From the human T2T-CHM13v2.0 reference genome, Homo sapiens, in assembly GCF_009914755.1 (NCBI RefSeq), contig NC_060939.1: a stretch of DNA of 64,000 nt; one strand, 5' to 3'. Within the stretch, counting starts at the first letter, position 1; every line of letters starts with the position of its first letter. The translations under genes were made by a program, and so were the position numbers. Positions 42,353 through 56,728 of this stretch are shown here, one piece after another. The notes under the pieces were generated by a model. It was not told the DNA's origin, made no database searches, and saw nothing but the letters and a program-made list of their open reading frames with translations.

Positions 42353-44514
42353 TATTAAGGGCCCATTTATTGCTACTTGGGAGGCTACAAAAGTAAGCTT
42401 TTAGTTAGATCAGATATCTGTGTCTACTGGTGTGAGGTTGACATATGGATGAAACTGAAGATGGCATAAATTGTGTTTGCTGGATGGTGGACACAGAGGG
42501 AAGAAACTTGAGGAGTGTAGGGTTAGTTGTAGCGCAAGGACGAATACCAAGGTGTTTCCTCTTGGCAGATATCCAGTTACATTAACATAAGTATTTTAAA
42601 CTCTGCTCCGCTAAAATAGGATTGTGGATATATTGCCGGGGTTGCAAGGAAGGGCTAAGGTAAGTGCTCATGATAAAAGAATCAAGGAACATCTTGCTTT
42701 TTGCTTGCTTGTGCTGGCCACGCCTTTATTACACATGCCTTTTAAAATTTCATCATCACTGAAGGCTAATGGAGTTCTAGTAGTTAGGCCATTTTGTTTC
42801 TTGGCAAAAGAGAATTCTTAAGGGGATGATCCATCCTCTTGGATGTGCAGGAAGGAAGGTAGATATTAAATTTTCTATATTGTTGTGCCTTTTGGTAGGG
42901 TGGAACTATACCCAAGCACCTCAGTTGCTTTCATCAGGAGATGAAGTGATAGGTGTTCCCTTTCTGTCTTGCTGTCTTTGTTGCTCCTGATGGAGGGAGT
43001 TGGTGAATTTTGGGGGCTAGCCAAAGAGGGAATTAGGTAAGTATAATCTTTATTTGTGTTTTTTACCTTATATTCAGAATGGTAACATTTAACAGTTGTA
43101 ATTATCCTTGAAATAAGCAGAGATTCATCATATACAGAATTATCTTGTGAAATGTTGATCTGTGCTTCCTAGAGGCTAACACAGAAATTGAACTGCTGTG
43201 TGTGAGACACATTATTTTAAAAGTCGAAAGAGCAATACTACATGCAGGCTGAGGGTTTTTTCTCTTAGCCATACTAGAATTACCTGTATTTATTTGAGTT
43301 TTAAAAATTGATTATTATGCCATTACATCATTAGGATCAAGTATGTTAATTTTCTTTACCTTTTCTAATTTCCCTAAATTTTCCTTTTTTTTCTTTAAGA
43401 AAGCATCTTGTTAAAACTTCCAGAATTAGTGATTTTTATTAGGCAATTTTGGGCTTGCTCGTTTTACTCTCTTAATTCTTTCCAGGTGGGGCTCATGTTC
43501 TGTTTCCTTTGCCTGTGTCATGTGCAGTTTTAGCATTGGAATTTAATCCATGAAGATTCTAATTATGCTATGAATTTCATTTTCAATAGAGAAAATTACA
43601 AAAAGGGCAAAATCACACAGGAACTGTCAACATGGGAAGCAAACATTCTCGTTTTCTAGAGTCCCAATATAGAAATCAGACTTTCATAATTGTGTTGACA
43701 TACATAGGTTCTTTAACTGAGAAGTCTAAGATTACCAGTAATGCTAATTGATGGTTATTGCTCAATTTAAATCTCATATTGCAGTTACTTAGTCTTGGTA
43801 ACAAGGTGTGGACTATAATTTTTCTCCTTTACTAGTAACTCACTGTGTAATTCTGGGGTAAGGCTAAAATGGTTGTAGTTTTGAAACTATTCATGTACCT
43901 ATGGGGGCTTCCCTGCCCTTTTAAAGCAGCAGATTCAGATTTCACGGTGTAGGCATCCCAGGGTGACTTGCATAGGCAAAACCCCAATTTACACAATGCA
44001 AATTAGACAGGAGCAAAAGTGTAATAATACTAAATACTTAGAACATCATATATAGTAGGACTTCCATAACGTTTTGTTGAATTAAGTGGAATTATTGTAA
44101 ACATGTATGAATTACAGTAGAGATTATATGCTTTTTCTAAGCCCATGCTAAAATAAAGACATTTTTCATAGAAAGATCTATATTTTCAGTCTGCATTTTT
44201 GACCCTCATAATTAAGATCTAGGATTAGAAGAAGGGGTGAGCATTCCTGTGTACAAAGCATGGAAAGACAATCCAGTTAATGAGATCACGCACTGGAGCA
44301 GAAGGTTGCATATTGCTGGCAAAACCGGAGCAGACAGTCCTGGCAACCTTATGGGATTTGGTCACAAAATGATACTGCCCTGTACCTTCTTCCACTCTAG
44401 GATTTCCCTGTCCTGATATCTGCAAAGTTTTCCCAGATGATCCTGGAGACTTAACCTATTTGACAGCATAATTCCCAGTTTTCTATTTTATTTATCAGAA
44501 AATTTGATAGTGGT

Positions 44515-44824
44515 GCTGGGCACAGTGTCTCTCACCTGTAATCCCAGCACTCTGGGAGGCCAAGGTGGGAGGTACGAGGCAGGAGGATTGCTTGAGCCCA
44601 GGAGTTTGCGACCAGCCTGGACAATGTAGTGAGATCCTGTCTCTAAAAAAAATTTAAAAATTAGCTTGGCATAGTAGCACATACCTGTAGTCCCAGTTAC
44701 TTGGGAGGCAGAGGTGGGAGGATTGCTTGAGCCCACTTGAGGCTGCAGTGAGCCATGATCACGCCACCACACTCCAGCCTGGGCCACAGAGTGAGACCCT
44801 GTTTCAAAAATAAAAAATAAAAAA
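44515..44824 (+). mobile_element. AluJ with a short internal tandem duplication
   Basis: ggccaaggtgggagg-tacgaggcaggagg-attgcttgagccc. Confidence 0.9.
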
Positions 44825-46759
44825 GGAAATTTTGGTGGTAGACTTCATTTAGGCTCTGCCACTTCCTTGGTGTCACCAGCTTTTTGTGACCTTGGATGGA
44901 GTAAATGAGATAAACATTGTGTGTCTGGCACATAATGTGTGATCAGTACATGGTGATATCATTTCTCTGTGAGATAGTGCTTCCATGTCAGCCATCTGTG
45001 ACAGTTCCCCAGGTTATACCGATTCCAACTTCATGCTTTTCCTAAGAGAAGAACCCTAAGCTGAGCTTCGGGAGGTGTCTTGGTGTTACCTACTGTGAAT
45101 TTTGTTTTTAAAGCTTTTTATTTTTGACCTGCCCTTTTGTGTTGATGTCTGTTAGTTTTGTGTGCTTTTCCCCCAAATGAGGTATTTTCCAAAGTTGTCC
45201 TGACATTCCAAGGTAGGGCCGTATAAGGCTAAGCCATGAGCCCTTGGAGGATAGCAGTTTTATTTTGTTTGCAAGAGTGTGACTCAAAACATGTGTCAGT
45301 AAAATGTTAGTTCCCTTTAGAATAATTGATATACTGATTTTACATATTTTCTGCTCATCTTTCAAAGTGTATGTTTTTGAGTACATTTTGTTTTTGGGAC
45401 CCAACAAAAGGCAAATATTAAATTATTTTAAAATAAGTAGGGTAAAGCCCCAGGCAGCAGTTAAAATTGAGAGTCCTAATACATTGAAGCTTTGTGAAAA
45501 TCCCTTAGAAAATACATGAGCATTTTAAAGGTAATTGAGGGCACCATAGATCATTTTAACATCCTTTTCCCATTGTTCTTAATCTAGAGAATCTCTTCTA
45601 TGTCTTTAAAGTCAGGAAATTATCTTTTTTTGTTTCTTTGGTGGGGTTATTTTCAGTTGTGTCGTGTATATAACGAGCTGCCAGAATGATCATTAGTAAC
45701 ACTGTAAAATCACATCTACTGTCACAAGTAGCCTTTCTGTAACTATTGGAAAAACTGTGGAAATATGGCACCAACTAATCATCATTTTTGCTTATTAGTA
45801 GGTTGACTATCACTTGGAAAGAGGACAGGTCATTTAGGTAAAGCCAGATTTTAGGTATCAGAAGAGAGATCCAGAAAACAGACTTGGGTTTTAGACTAGA
45901 TGACTTCTAAGGTACTTACCTTCCTTAAAAGTTGTCTAGGCTAAAACCCGGTGAGAAAGTTGAGGAGGGCCACTCAGACATTTTTGGTGCTGAATGAGGA
46001 CTTGACTCCCTGATATTTTTGCTTTTAAATACATCCCACTCTGTTCCCACTGGCCCTGCGGTCATACTGGTGGGACTTAGCCCTAAGAGAGCACATAACT
46101 CAGAGGAGGAGAAGTGCCACAGACGTCGGGATCTCATCACAGAGGAAGGTCTGTGAGCAGCCATTCTCCAGCAGTCCGAGGCCAGGTTTGTTTTGACATT
46201 GATTTTTTTTATTTCTGTTACTGCTCTCTGGAGGTATATCACAACAAGATTTAATGAATGTTTTTTGGTCTGCGTTTATTTGATGCATGACCTGGTGATT
46301 TGAGTTCCACCGTTACCTTTTTTTTTTGGCTTTCTGATTATGTACCACATAACTAAATCAATAAAGAAGAGAATGGAGAAACAGCTCTGTTTAACATTTC
46401 AGGGGTGATGGAGTAATGCTGTCTATAAATATTTATATTTTTCTGAGAAGATGTCTTTTTCTTTTTGACATTCAGACGAGTTCACCAAGAGATTCATCAC
46501 TAAAGAGAGGGGGAGGAGTGTGAAGGGGGAATGAAAAGACATCTTCCCCCCAGTAAATTTCTAGATGTCTTTCGAAAGATAAATAGAAAAGAAAACTTAA
46601 AAGAGTTTTTCATTTGAATAAGCCATTTTTTTTTCTAAGGCATTGAAATACTTAGCTAGCCTTTTCTCACCCAGGATAGTAACAATCAGGGGAATATGGA
46701 TATATAACCAAAGGATCCCCAAAAGCAAAATAGACTCTGTTGGCTTGCAGCTTCCTCTG

Positions 46760-46945
46760 AGTTCCGCAGCTTCTCATACCTCCCAGGTTGCAGTCTCTCT
46801 CTCTCCTTTCTGCCTCCTCTCCTTGTCTTGACTTCAGCCTTGTCAGAGCCAAATCACTTCCTAAAGGCCCCACCTCTTAATACTGTTGTATTGGGGATTA
46901 AGTTTCAACATGAATTTTGGAGAAGACACATGCAAACCGTAATAG
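46760..46945 (-). mobile_element. MaLR LTR fragment (MLT1A/MST-like)
   Basis: aatcacttcctaaaggccccacctcttaatac...ggggattaagtttcaacatgaattttggag. Confidence 0.75.
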
Positions 46946-47040
46946 AGGAAGCTTGCTCAGTGGATTCCTAAGTCAAGATGCCTTCTCTTCTCTAGCACAA
47001 ATAATCACTCATCCATTATTTTTTCAGGTTTGATAGTTTT

Positions 47041-47378
47041 CTTCCTTTCTTCCTTTCTTCCTTCCTTTCTCTTTCTTTCTCTCTCTCTTCCTCTTTTCTT
47101 TCTTTCTTTCTTCCTCTTTTCTTTCTTTCTTTCTTCCTTTCCTTTCCTTTCCTTTCCTTTCCTTTCCTTTCCTTTCCTTTCCTTTCCTTTCTTTCTCTCT
47201 CTTCTTTCACTCTCTCTCTCTCCCTCTCCCTTCCCTCCTCCCTCCCTTTCTTTCTCTTTCTTTCCTTCTTTTTCTTTCTTTCTCTTTCCTCCTCTCTTTC
47301 TGTCTTTCTTTCTTTCCCTCCCTCCCTCCCTCCCTCCTCCCGCTTTTTCTTCTTTCTCTCTTTTCTTTTTGTTTTTTG
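47041..47378. repeat. About 340-bp complex CT-rich microsatellite ((CTTT)n/(CCTTT)n/(CT)n/(CCCT)n)
   Basis: Nearly pure pyrimidine tract; lies inside the TSDs of the adjacent FLAM. Confidence 0.95.
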
Positions 47379-47494
47379 GTATAGACGGGGTCTCCCTATG
47401 TTTCCCAGGCTGTTGAATTCCTGGGCTCAAACCATCCTCGTGCCTTGGCTTCCCAAAGTGCTGGGATTATGGGCATGAGCCACCATGCCCGGCC
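47379..47494 (-). mobile_element. FLAM-like Alu left monomer
   Basis: agacggggtctccctatgtttcccaggctg...catgcccggcc; TSD ttgatagtttt at 47030-47040 and 47495-47505. Confidence 0.88.
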
Positions 47495-48905
47495 TTGATA
47501 GTTTTATAGTGAGGTATTTTTTAATAGTCTCCTCTCTATAGATGATGATAAAATCTGTCAACCTCAGTTTCATCAGGAGCTGTGGTGATGTGCAAGCCCA
47601 CAAGGATCACAGTAGGTACAGCCATTGGACCACCGGTAAGAGAGTGGCTCCAAAGTCTCTGTGGGCACTAGTTAGAAGTTATGTGTGCTCCCCCCGAATC
47701 TTTCATACAAACTTATTGTCACAGCTTTCTAGACAGCCCCAGCGCCTGCTTAGAGGCAGTCAATGATAATAAGTAGTTAACGGAGTACATAGTCTCATTC
47801 TGGGGACTAGTGCCCCTGTGGGGCGTGGCATTAAAGTTGAGCAGCTCTTGCTTGTGCTGGAGGCCATTTCTGTTCTGACTAAATCTCACCTGCTTAGGTC
47901 TTGTCTGGAAAGGTCGAGAAGGCCCCAGAATAATCTTGGAGCCCTTCAGGAACCTCAAGGACTCCTAACGACCTGAACCCTTAGAGGTGTGACTTCATCC
48001 TCGAATCACTTAGATGTTGGAAGGACTTTAGTGATCAGAGTGACCTAGGCTCTTATTCCAGACTTGTCACCCTGTACTGCTTGCTACTGTCCTCCCCGAG
48101 CCCGGTGGAAGCTCTTGGAGGGCAAGGCAGGACTCCTCTCTCACAGGCAGCAGCTGATCTACTACATGGCACCCGCCAACTCTCAGTGAGAGTTGCTGTG
48201 AGAGTTTAAGCCACATAAATGCAAGACCAGCCTTATTCCATCTTGTTTATTCCCTGAAGTAATCAGCACAGTATCTTGTGCATTATAGGTTATTGATAAA
48301 TGGATGTAGATTGACCTGTATCCTTCCCCTAGGCTCAGAATCTGAACCTTATCCTCTATATCCACAAAATACTGTGTCCTAGATATTTATGTCTGCATTT
48401 CGAGGTGGTTGTGCAGAATGTGGAGGGAGACTCCACAAATCTGCCTCCCATCCCTTTTTATATGATGGAGGAGCGAACTGACAAGGAAAAACACCATTTG
48501 GTTTCATCTGTATTAGAGTAACCGAAAGTGGGCTTGTGTTGCTGTTGAATTTATTTAATTCCAGTATAACAAAAGCCAAAATAAAACAAACAACAAACAA
48601 AGTATAATTCTGCCACTCTAACAAAATGCTAACATAGTCTCTTCCCTACTTGGCTGGAAGCACCCTAAATTCTATGTAGCATCAATCATATCCTATTCTC
48701 ACAGATATTTTTCACAGTGCCATGTAGTTAATTTTGTTAGGTGGTGCAGCACGGTGGTATTATAGCAAGGCACGGGCCCTGGAGGCAGATATGCCCTGGT
48801 TAGAGTACTGCTCCTGTCACTTGCTAGCTTTGTGACCTTGGGCATAATGTATACATATGCATATGCCTATGCCCTTGCCTACACCAGCACCTGCATCTAT
48901 GCTTA

Positions 48906-49205
48906 TATTTGTTTATTTGCTTTGGAGATGGTGTCTTGCTCTGTTACTCAGGCTGCAGTACGGTGATGTGATCATAGCTCACTACAGCCTTGAACTCCTG
49001 AGCTTAAACCGTCCTCCTACCTTAGGCCCCTGAGTAGCTAGGACTGCAGGTGCACACCACCATGCCCAGCTAGTTTTTATATTTAAAAAATTTGTGTAGA
49101 GACAGAGTCTTGCTATGTTGCCCAGGCTGGTCTCGAACTCCTGGACTCAAGCAATCCTCCCACCCCAGCCTTTGAGTCAATGGGATTTTAGGCGTGAGGC
49201 CCAGC
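48906..49205 (-). mobile_element. AluJ
   Basis: gatcatagctcactacagccttgaactcc, ggactcaagcaatcctccc. Confidence 0.88.
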
Positions 49206-49362
49206 TATGCCTCTGTTTACATATTCACACACGTTTATAATTATTCTACTGATTACCACTTACATTTAACTGTACTATTTGCTATTTTGTGTCAAAAGAA
49301 CTATATTTAGGCTTACTGCACTTATTAATATCCTAATTGGGCCTGTATTTAGCCTGGCTAAA

Positions 49363-49776
49363 TGGATTAATTTGCCGGGGCTGTCCCCTAACAAAATACC
49401 ACTAACTGGGTGGCTTAAATAACAAAAATTTATTGTCTCACAGTTCTGGAGGCTGGAAGTTCAAGGTCATGGTGTTGGCAGGGTTGGTTCCCTCTGAAGG
49501 CTGTGAGGGAAGGATCTGTTTCAGGCCTCTCTTGTGGCTTTTAGATTGCCATCTTCTCCTGTCCTCTTTACATCATCTTTCCTGTGTATCTGTGTCCAAA
49601 TTTCTCCTTCTTATAAGGACAACGGTCAATTCGGATTATGACCTGCTCTAATGACCTCATTTTAACCTGATTGCCTCTGTAAAGGTGCCATCTTCAAATA
49701 AGGTCGCAGTCTGAGGTCCTGGGGGTTAGGACCTTAACATATGAATTTTGGAAGAAACACAATTCAGCCCATAGCA
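49363..49776 (-). mobile_element. MaLR solo LTR (MLT1B-like)
   Basis: ctgggtggcttaaataaca, ctcacagttctggaggctggaagttcaagg, ctgtgagggaaggatctg; end acaattcagcccatagca. Confidence 0.88.
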
Positions 49777-51859
49777 GTAAGCTAGGTGCACCGTTGGAGG
49801 ACAAGATGAATATCAATTTTGTAGGTTGGTGCTGACAGATGACACAAGATTGTAGCACAAATTCCCATTGATGAGGCCCCTTTCCAATTCAGGGAGTTCT
49901 TTAGTCCTGCCATTTCTTTAGGGATTCTTACCTTTTATCCCTGTCTCTCTTTGACTGGTCTGTGCAGTTCTTCTGTTATTTTTCCAGCTTTATCTTAAGT
50001 TTTATATTTATTTTTGGAATTGTTTTTCAAGAATAAGTCCAGGTTGTGGAGATACAACAAACGTGACAGTATCTTAAAACAATCCTTTAAAACACTGTCC
50101 TCAACTGTGCTGTAGAGAATTCATCGTTTCATGTCATCTCTCATGGGGACATGTTTATTTCTTCCTTATGCTTTTGATGAAGTAATATGTACGTGTCCAG
50201 GCTGCAATTTGATTTGTTTTTTTGCTGTTTGAAAATACAAATCTTATTCATAACTGACTGATGAAATTGGTAAGACTTTTTATCTGGCTTTATTTTATTA
50301 ACTAAAGGAAAATGATACTTCATCAGCATACTTCAATTTAGTTAATATTCTTTTTGTAATTCGGGTTCGATCTGGTAGGCAGTTCTAAAAACCTGGGCTT
50401 GCAGAAAGCAGCACGTGGCTGCTCACCATGCACATCCACATGGCTTTCTGTAGTAAAGTCTAGTCCAATCCTTCTTCTTCTCTCTGTCATTTCGACTGTT
50501 TGCAATATATTTTAAAATTTGTATTAAACATTTATCTTTTCTCTGCCTCTTTTCTGTAAATCTAGTTTATTGTCTATGCTAGATGGTTTTTCTCCCATTC
50601 ATTCCTTTGTCAATTCTGTCTCTTGGTCTGGTCCCTTGCAGCTTGAGCCCTGGATGGCAGGATGGTTCTGTGGGGTGGATTGAACTATAAAACCTGGATT
50701 GATTATTGGCCTTCTCAGTTGTTAATGCATATTCATTTAACTAACCCATAAATCAAACAGCTGATACTTGTACATTCAGATTTCATTATTTCTTGTTGTT
50801 TTGTTATCTTCTGGGTTGTTTTGTAAAAATACTGATGATTCCTTTAACAAAAGGAAAAAATTTTAGCTTAAGAAAATAATCTGAAATAAAAAACAGAAGA
50901 GGTTTCAAAAAAAAATCCTTATTGCATCCTTATTTATGATAGGAAAAACTTGTAAATAGCTGATATACCCAAAAAGATACAGCTATTAAATTAAATTATG
51001 GGGCCTTATTTACAATATTATGTATTTATTAAAAACAATGTAAAGAGTTTACAATACTGTGGGGGAATATTATGTAATTAGAATGGGGAAAACTTAGGAT
51101 ATAGAATTATATAGAGCATATCATCTCAACTACATAAAATATGCATACATATTGGAAGGAAATGTGTCCAAATGTTAGTGGTATTTATCTTTGAGTGGGG
51201 TGGGATCAGACATGGAAGTCTAGATTCAGACAGACCTGGGTTAAACCTTCCTTTCCTCTTGTGTTTGCCTGTTACTTAACAAGACATAATCTCTATTAAG
51301 CCTAATTTATCTAGGGTAAATAGGATCTCCCTTACCTAATGATTTTCCAGAATCATTAGGTAAAGTGCTTAGTTCAGTGTATGACATATAATAATGCAAC
51401 AAGTGAAAGTTCAATTATTAATAAAAACCACATTATCAATAAAAAACCATTTTCCCATTTTCCTGCATCCCTGACACAAGCACTGTATCGATTTCTCTAT
51501 GTTCCCTTCCATTTTAAACAGCACACGTTAGGAGGCAGAACCCCCAGATCCGTGGCCTTGGTCGAGTTCACATGACTACTCTGTTTTGGTTGTCCTGCTT
51601 GGGCGAAGTCTAAACCTCTTAGCATGGGGTTATGTTGAGGATTCAGTGCCTTAACATAAAAAGGGCTTAGCATCAGTGCCAGGCGCGTAATCACTTACAT
51701 GTGTTAGCTGCTACTATATACTTAAAATTTTTAAAAATATATGTATGTATTAGTTTTAATTCTTACATTCAGAAGGATGGGAAAATTACAGCAAGGATTT
51801 ACATAACCTGTAGAGAACTAGACTTAATGACTTCTAAGTCTAAGATCAGGGATACTGTA

Positions 51860-51860
<1 letters not shown>

Positions 51861-51896
<36 letters not shown>
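51861..51896. repeat. (TAGA)9 tetranucleotide STR
   Basis: Perfect run seen directly. Confidence 0.95.
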
Positions 51897-54841
51897 GTTT
51901 AACTAAAACATTGCAAGTTTTAGGTATAAAATGGGGGTGACCTTGGAATGAGTGGTGGTAGAAAATGAGGAGCCTTTGGAAAATCCAGTTTGGTCTGTGA
52001 CTGCTGGATTGGCAATGTGATGATATGCAGATGGACTTTGAGTCTACACAAATGGAAAGTTTAGTCAGGTTTCTTGGTTTGTTTCAGTTCTCCAAATATA
52101 TGCCAGATTTTTAGGTCCTTCTGATTTATAGTTAATAGGTTAACATAGATAAGTGGCAAGAATAGGTTTTTAATTTCTTTCCTTTTTTTCTTCAAAATTG
52201 AAGAAAATTTTGCCCAAGTCAAAAAATGTGCTTTTGCCTTTTTGAGTGATGTGTGGTGTGGGGTCTCAGCCTTTTCTTGTCTGGTCCTTGCAGGGGAAGG
52301 AAGTGGAGCTAGGAAGTGCAAGATTCTTCCATTTTTTAGGTGAAAGCAAACATGGTAATATAGGTTTGCATGGTCACTCGGCAACCCAAACCCATGCTGC
52401 TTTTAGCAGATGTCCTTCAGTGGGGGCCACACTATCTCACAATCAAATTAAGCGCAGCTTGAAGAGAGTCACTTGAGAAGGAGCTTGCGCACAGTTCTTG
52501 TCACTCATTCTTCCAGGTTCAGTCTGGAAGAAAACACTGAATGCCCTCCCTGAGCACTTGTAGAACAAAGCTTCCCCCACCCCAACCCCACGTAAAAGCC
52601 AAGTATATCTGTATCCATCACAGTGGTGTGTGCCTTAATGACAAAGCTCGTGTTGCTCAGCCTCAGCAGGAGCCTGCAGAATATGCCTTCCTGAGATTGT
52701 ATAGGCTGGCCACCAAGGGTCAACGAAAACAAGTAATGGGATGAGTTATTCCCTGATATCTAGACAAATGGTAAATAATTCATAGTTCACCTGGTCTTGA
52801 CCTTCACTTTTATTTTTCTTCTATTTTTTTCTTGGAGCTGACCTTTTACATTTCTATTGTATCCATTTTTGTAAACAATCTACTTTCAATCATTTGAATA
52901 AGTTAATGTATAAAAGAATTCAAAGTCAGAGTTCAGTTTAGAGCCACCTTCTTTCTGAAGCTTGTAACAAGAGGAGGAAAATAGCAGGACTGAAAGGTAG
53001 ACTCCAAGAGGACTGAAATGTATGGATGATTTATTCAGCTGTCTTGGCAACCACAGGGGAATAGTGAGATTGCTGGAGAGCTGACACAGCCTTCTTACGG
53101 TTCGACAAAAAACGACAGTATCTTCCACATACAGGCCAGGAATTCATGTATCTTCCCAGAACCTCTGTTTTTATCTGTGGAAGGGGGGTGCCAAAAAATG
53201 CAAAATCCTTTTAGCTTTCCAGCCTATTGATCATATCCAGGGACAAGATATACATGGAAGCGCCCTGGAGCACTTCATTGCTGAGTGGTCATCAGGTGAT
53301 AGCATCTCCTGTTTGTTTCACTGGTGACTCAGGCCAGGCGGGCTGGTGTTGGAGCAGGGTCACAGCTGAGTGCTCTGAGAGTTGAGGGGAGCAGATGGAT
53401 CCTTGCTTGTTGGGGCAGGGTTTAAAGACTAGTTTATGGAAGCAAAGCCGGATGCTGGGCTGACGGGTAACGGAGGACCTGGAGCAGAGGGTGGTAACAT
53501 TTCAGACACACAGGCTGAAATAATTGAAGCAGTTTTGCAGGGATTGAAAAATCATCCATTTCATTAGTATCGAGGATTCTTATGATGTGCCTAGGAGACA
53601 GGAAGCGGGGTAGATGAGCCTGGGCGGTGGGTGGGGGCCTTAATCTTTGGGCTAAGCCGCTTGAACCTGATTTTCCATACATTTCAAAATGCTATGTGTC
53701 CATTAAAGATCAGCTCTAGGCAAAATCATAAAGCTGTGAGAACATAGGCGTCGGCTCCCCTCTCTTTCAGGCGGTCCTTTTTTCTTACTCCCCTGCTTAC
53801 TGCCCTTTCTCCACTGTGCCAGAGTTCTAGTGTGTTCTGTAGTGCACTACCCCTTCCTCAGCAGAATTTCCTCTTAATTAGGCATCATCTTTAATAAAGG
53901 GCAGCACTCAGCTCAGTTGCCCGGAGGGTTCTGAAACTTACCATTTCTATGACAGTGATAGGCAGCAAATGCACATATCCATTTTTATAGCAAAGTTTAA
54001 CTGGGGACAAATCTTTATGACCAACAATATACTTAATGATGGAATTCCAGGTGCCAGTGCCAAGAACTACCTGGCAATGGGAGGGTAGGTTGGAGGGATC
54101 CTGGGAGGACTCTAATGAACCGTGTGCATACCCTCTCTGTTCACTGTGGCAGTGTGAGAAGGTCTGGTTGTGCTTTTCTAGCAGTGTGAACTTTGGGAAG
54201 GTCTCTTGACTTCAAGGTTTTAGTTTCTTCACCTGAAAATGGAAAATAGTATCAAAGGTCTTTTCTCATCATTCTTGTATTCCATGTTGTGGGCACTCTC
54301 TTTGGTTCTTGGTGGAGGGTAGAAATGCTGACTTCTCCCCACCCCATTCATGCATTAAATAAATATGTATTGAACCCTTCTCTGTGTCAGGTACTTTATT
54401 GTGAGCAATACACGTGGTCCTTGCCCTTGGGGAGCTTCCAGTTATTTCTGACTGATGTGGCATTGGTTCTTTTTTTGAGTTGTGTATTTGCCCAGATGGA
54501 GAACTTCATCTTGTTAGCCATGAAGTTCAGCATCTGTGGTTCCTGGAGCGGGCTGTTGTTGAGTAGACATAGCTTGGTCTGCTGGATGTTGGCCCTCTGT
54601 TCATCCTTTAGTTGGGATATTACTGTGCATAATTCCTAATGACTAATTTAGGGAAAAATCTGGTTAAATCTTTCCATGGAGTGTTATGAAGTCCACAGAT
54701 ATTTATAGAGCACCTACTGTATAGTGGGCACTGTGATAGGCCTTGAAATACAGAGATGACTCCATTGATGTAGTTATTGCTCTCTGAGGCCAGCAGGGGA
54801 GATGGACTTCTAATGGCAAATATATTCCTGACACTAGGTTA

Positions 54842-54888
54842 TAGATCTATATCTATATCTATATCTATGTGTATATCTATATCTATCT
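54842..54888. repeat. (ATCTAT)n simple repeat
   Basis: Seen directly; imperfect. Confidence 0.8.
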
Positions 54889-56377
54889 TATTGCTGCTAT
54901 ACTGGGGACTGTGGTGGCCCTGCCGTTTACTTAGGGATATATGGGGTTTGCACAGCAGCCCTGGAAGCCAGCAACTTGGCTGGAATTCTTACTGACCTGT
55001 GTGGGCTGCTGCTAAGTTCACACTTGTGGGGGTGGTTAATTATTTCTCCTTTGTTCATTTAGCACTTGAGTTTTAACGATAGTCATTTCTAGTTGAAGTG
55101 TTCAAACAGTAGTCCTGGCATCTCTTGCCTCCATAAGGGAGAACTGAGGGATTCTTACATAAATGTTCTCTCTTGTTTTCTGGTCTCCCTACTCTGGCTG
55201 CAAACAGGAGCTTAACTGTCCTGGTCCTATTCTAAGTGGCTGTTAGCCACATGGAAAAATCACATGAGCTGTGTTCATTGCTGCTTTTCCTGAGCTTACT
55301 ATCGCATGGAGCGCTCTCAAGTGTACATACCGAGACTAGGGGAGCCTCTCCACTCAGGCCCTGCCCTCTGGGTTCCCACCAGTTGGGAAGAGATAACCAG
55401 GTCCCAGTGGGTTGACAAAATTATTAGAGAGGGCCTTGGTAACTTCCAGGAAATGTGGCTCCTTGGTAAAGCTGGACTGACGATGAGATCAAATGGGATG
55501 CCCTGCTTCCTTCCCTCCTGGTCCCTCCTTAAATTAAAGATAGCTGGCTCCCAGTGAAGGCATGACTTGACTTACCTTCCTAGATGGGGACAGATAGGCA
55601 CCTGTCTATGCCTGGCCTGCTCAGTGCCTGGAGTCTGAATGTTCAAGGCAAGCTTCAGGGTACCTGAGCCCAGACTGTCCTGCCGAGCGAGGTGGAGGGC
55701 AAGACCCTGGCTTTGGCATTTGCAGCACTTCTGGGTGGCTGTGACCCAGTGCATGGTGGGTTCTTACCTGCAGAGGAGCTACTTCTCTTCCTCTCTTGTA
55801 GAAGACAGGTAGGGAGTGGAGAAGGGGAAGCTCTTTCTTTGGTGTTTCTTTGAGAGAGCTGAATCATTCCTGGGAGATTGAGATGTAGACACAGATGAAT
55901 TATAGCAAGTACAGCCATCCAAAATTGGGCACAGAGGCCTTCCCAGGAGGTCACGGTGGAGAGTGAGTGGCTAGAGGCAGAGAGAAGAGGGGGACGGTGG
56001 CCAGCTCTTACTCTTGTAGACCTCCACGGCCCCATTGAGGTATGGTAGCCTGGCCCTCTGGTCTTGCCAGGTGGGCACAAACCCCTGCTTTACACAGGAG
56101 TGTGCAGAGCCCCCATTGTGCCCCCCTAAGTTGCCCCTAGGCAGAGCTCATGAACAAGCCCCAGGGTGGAAGCTGATAGTAATGCCAGCCTTGCGCCAAA
56201 GGGTGAGGGCTTTTTCCCTCTTGAATTCTTAGGTTGGGGGAACCTAAGTGACCTCCAAGAGAAACAGCCTAGGTGCTATAGGAGTTAGCTGCTTCGCACA
56301 CACACTCAGCCTCACAGCTCATCCTCAGAAAGTTCTGTGTCTAGGAAAAGCATGTTGTATGACTGCGATAAGAATAA

Positions 56378-56728
<351 letters not shown>

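Noticed and set aside
47005-47430. K/E/R-rich and F/S/L-rich ORFs
   Set aside because: Translations of the CT microsatellite.
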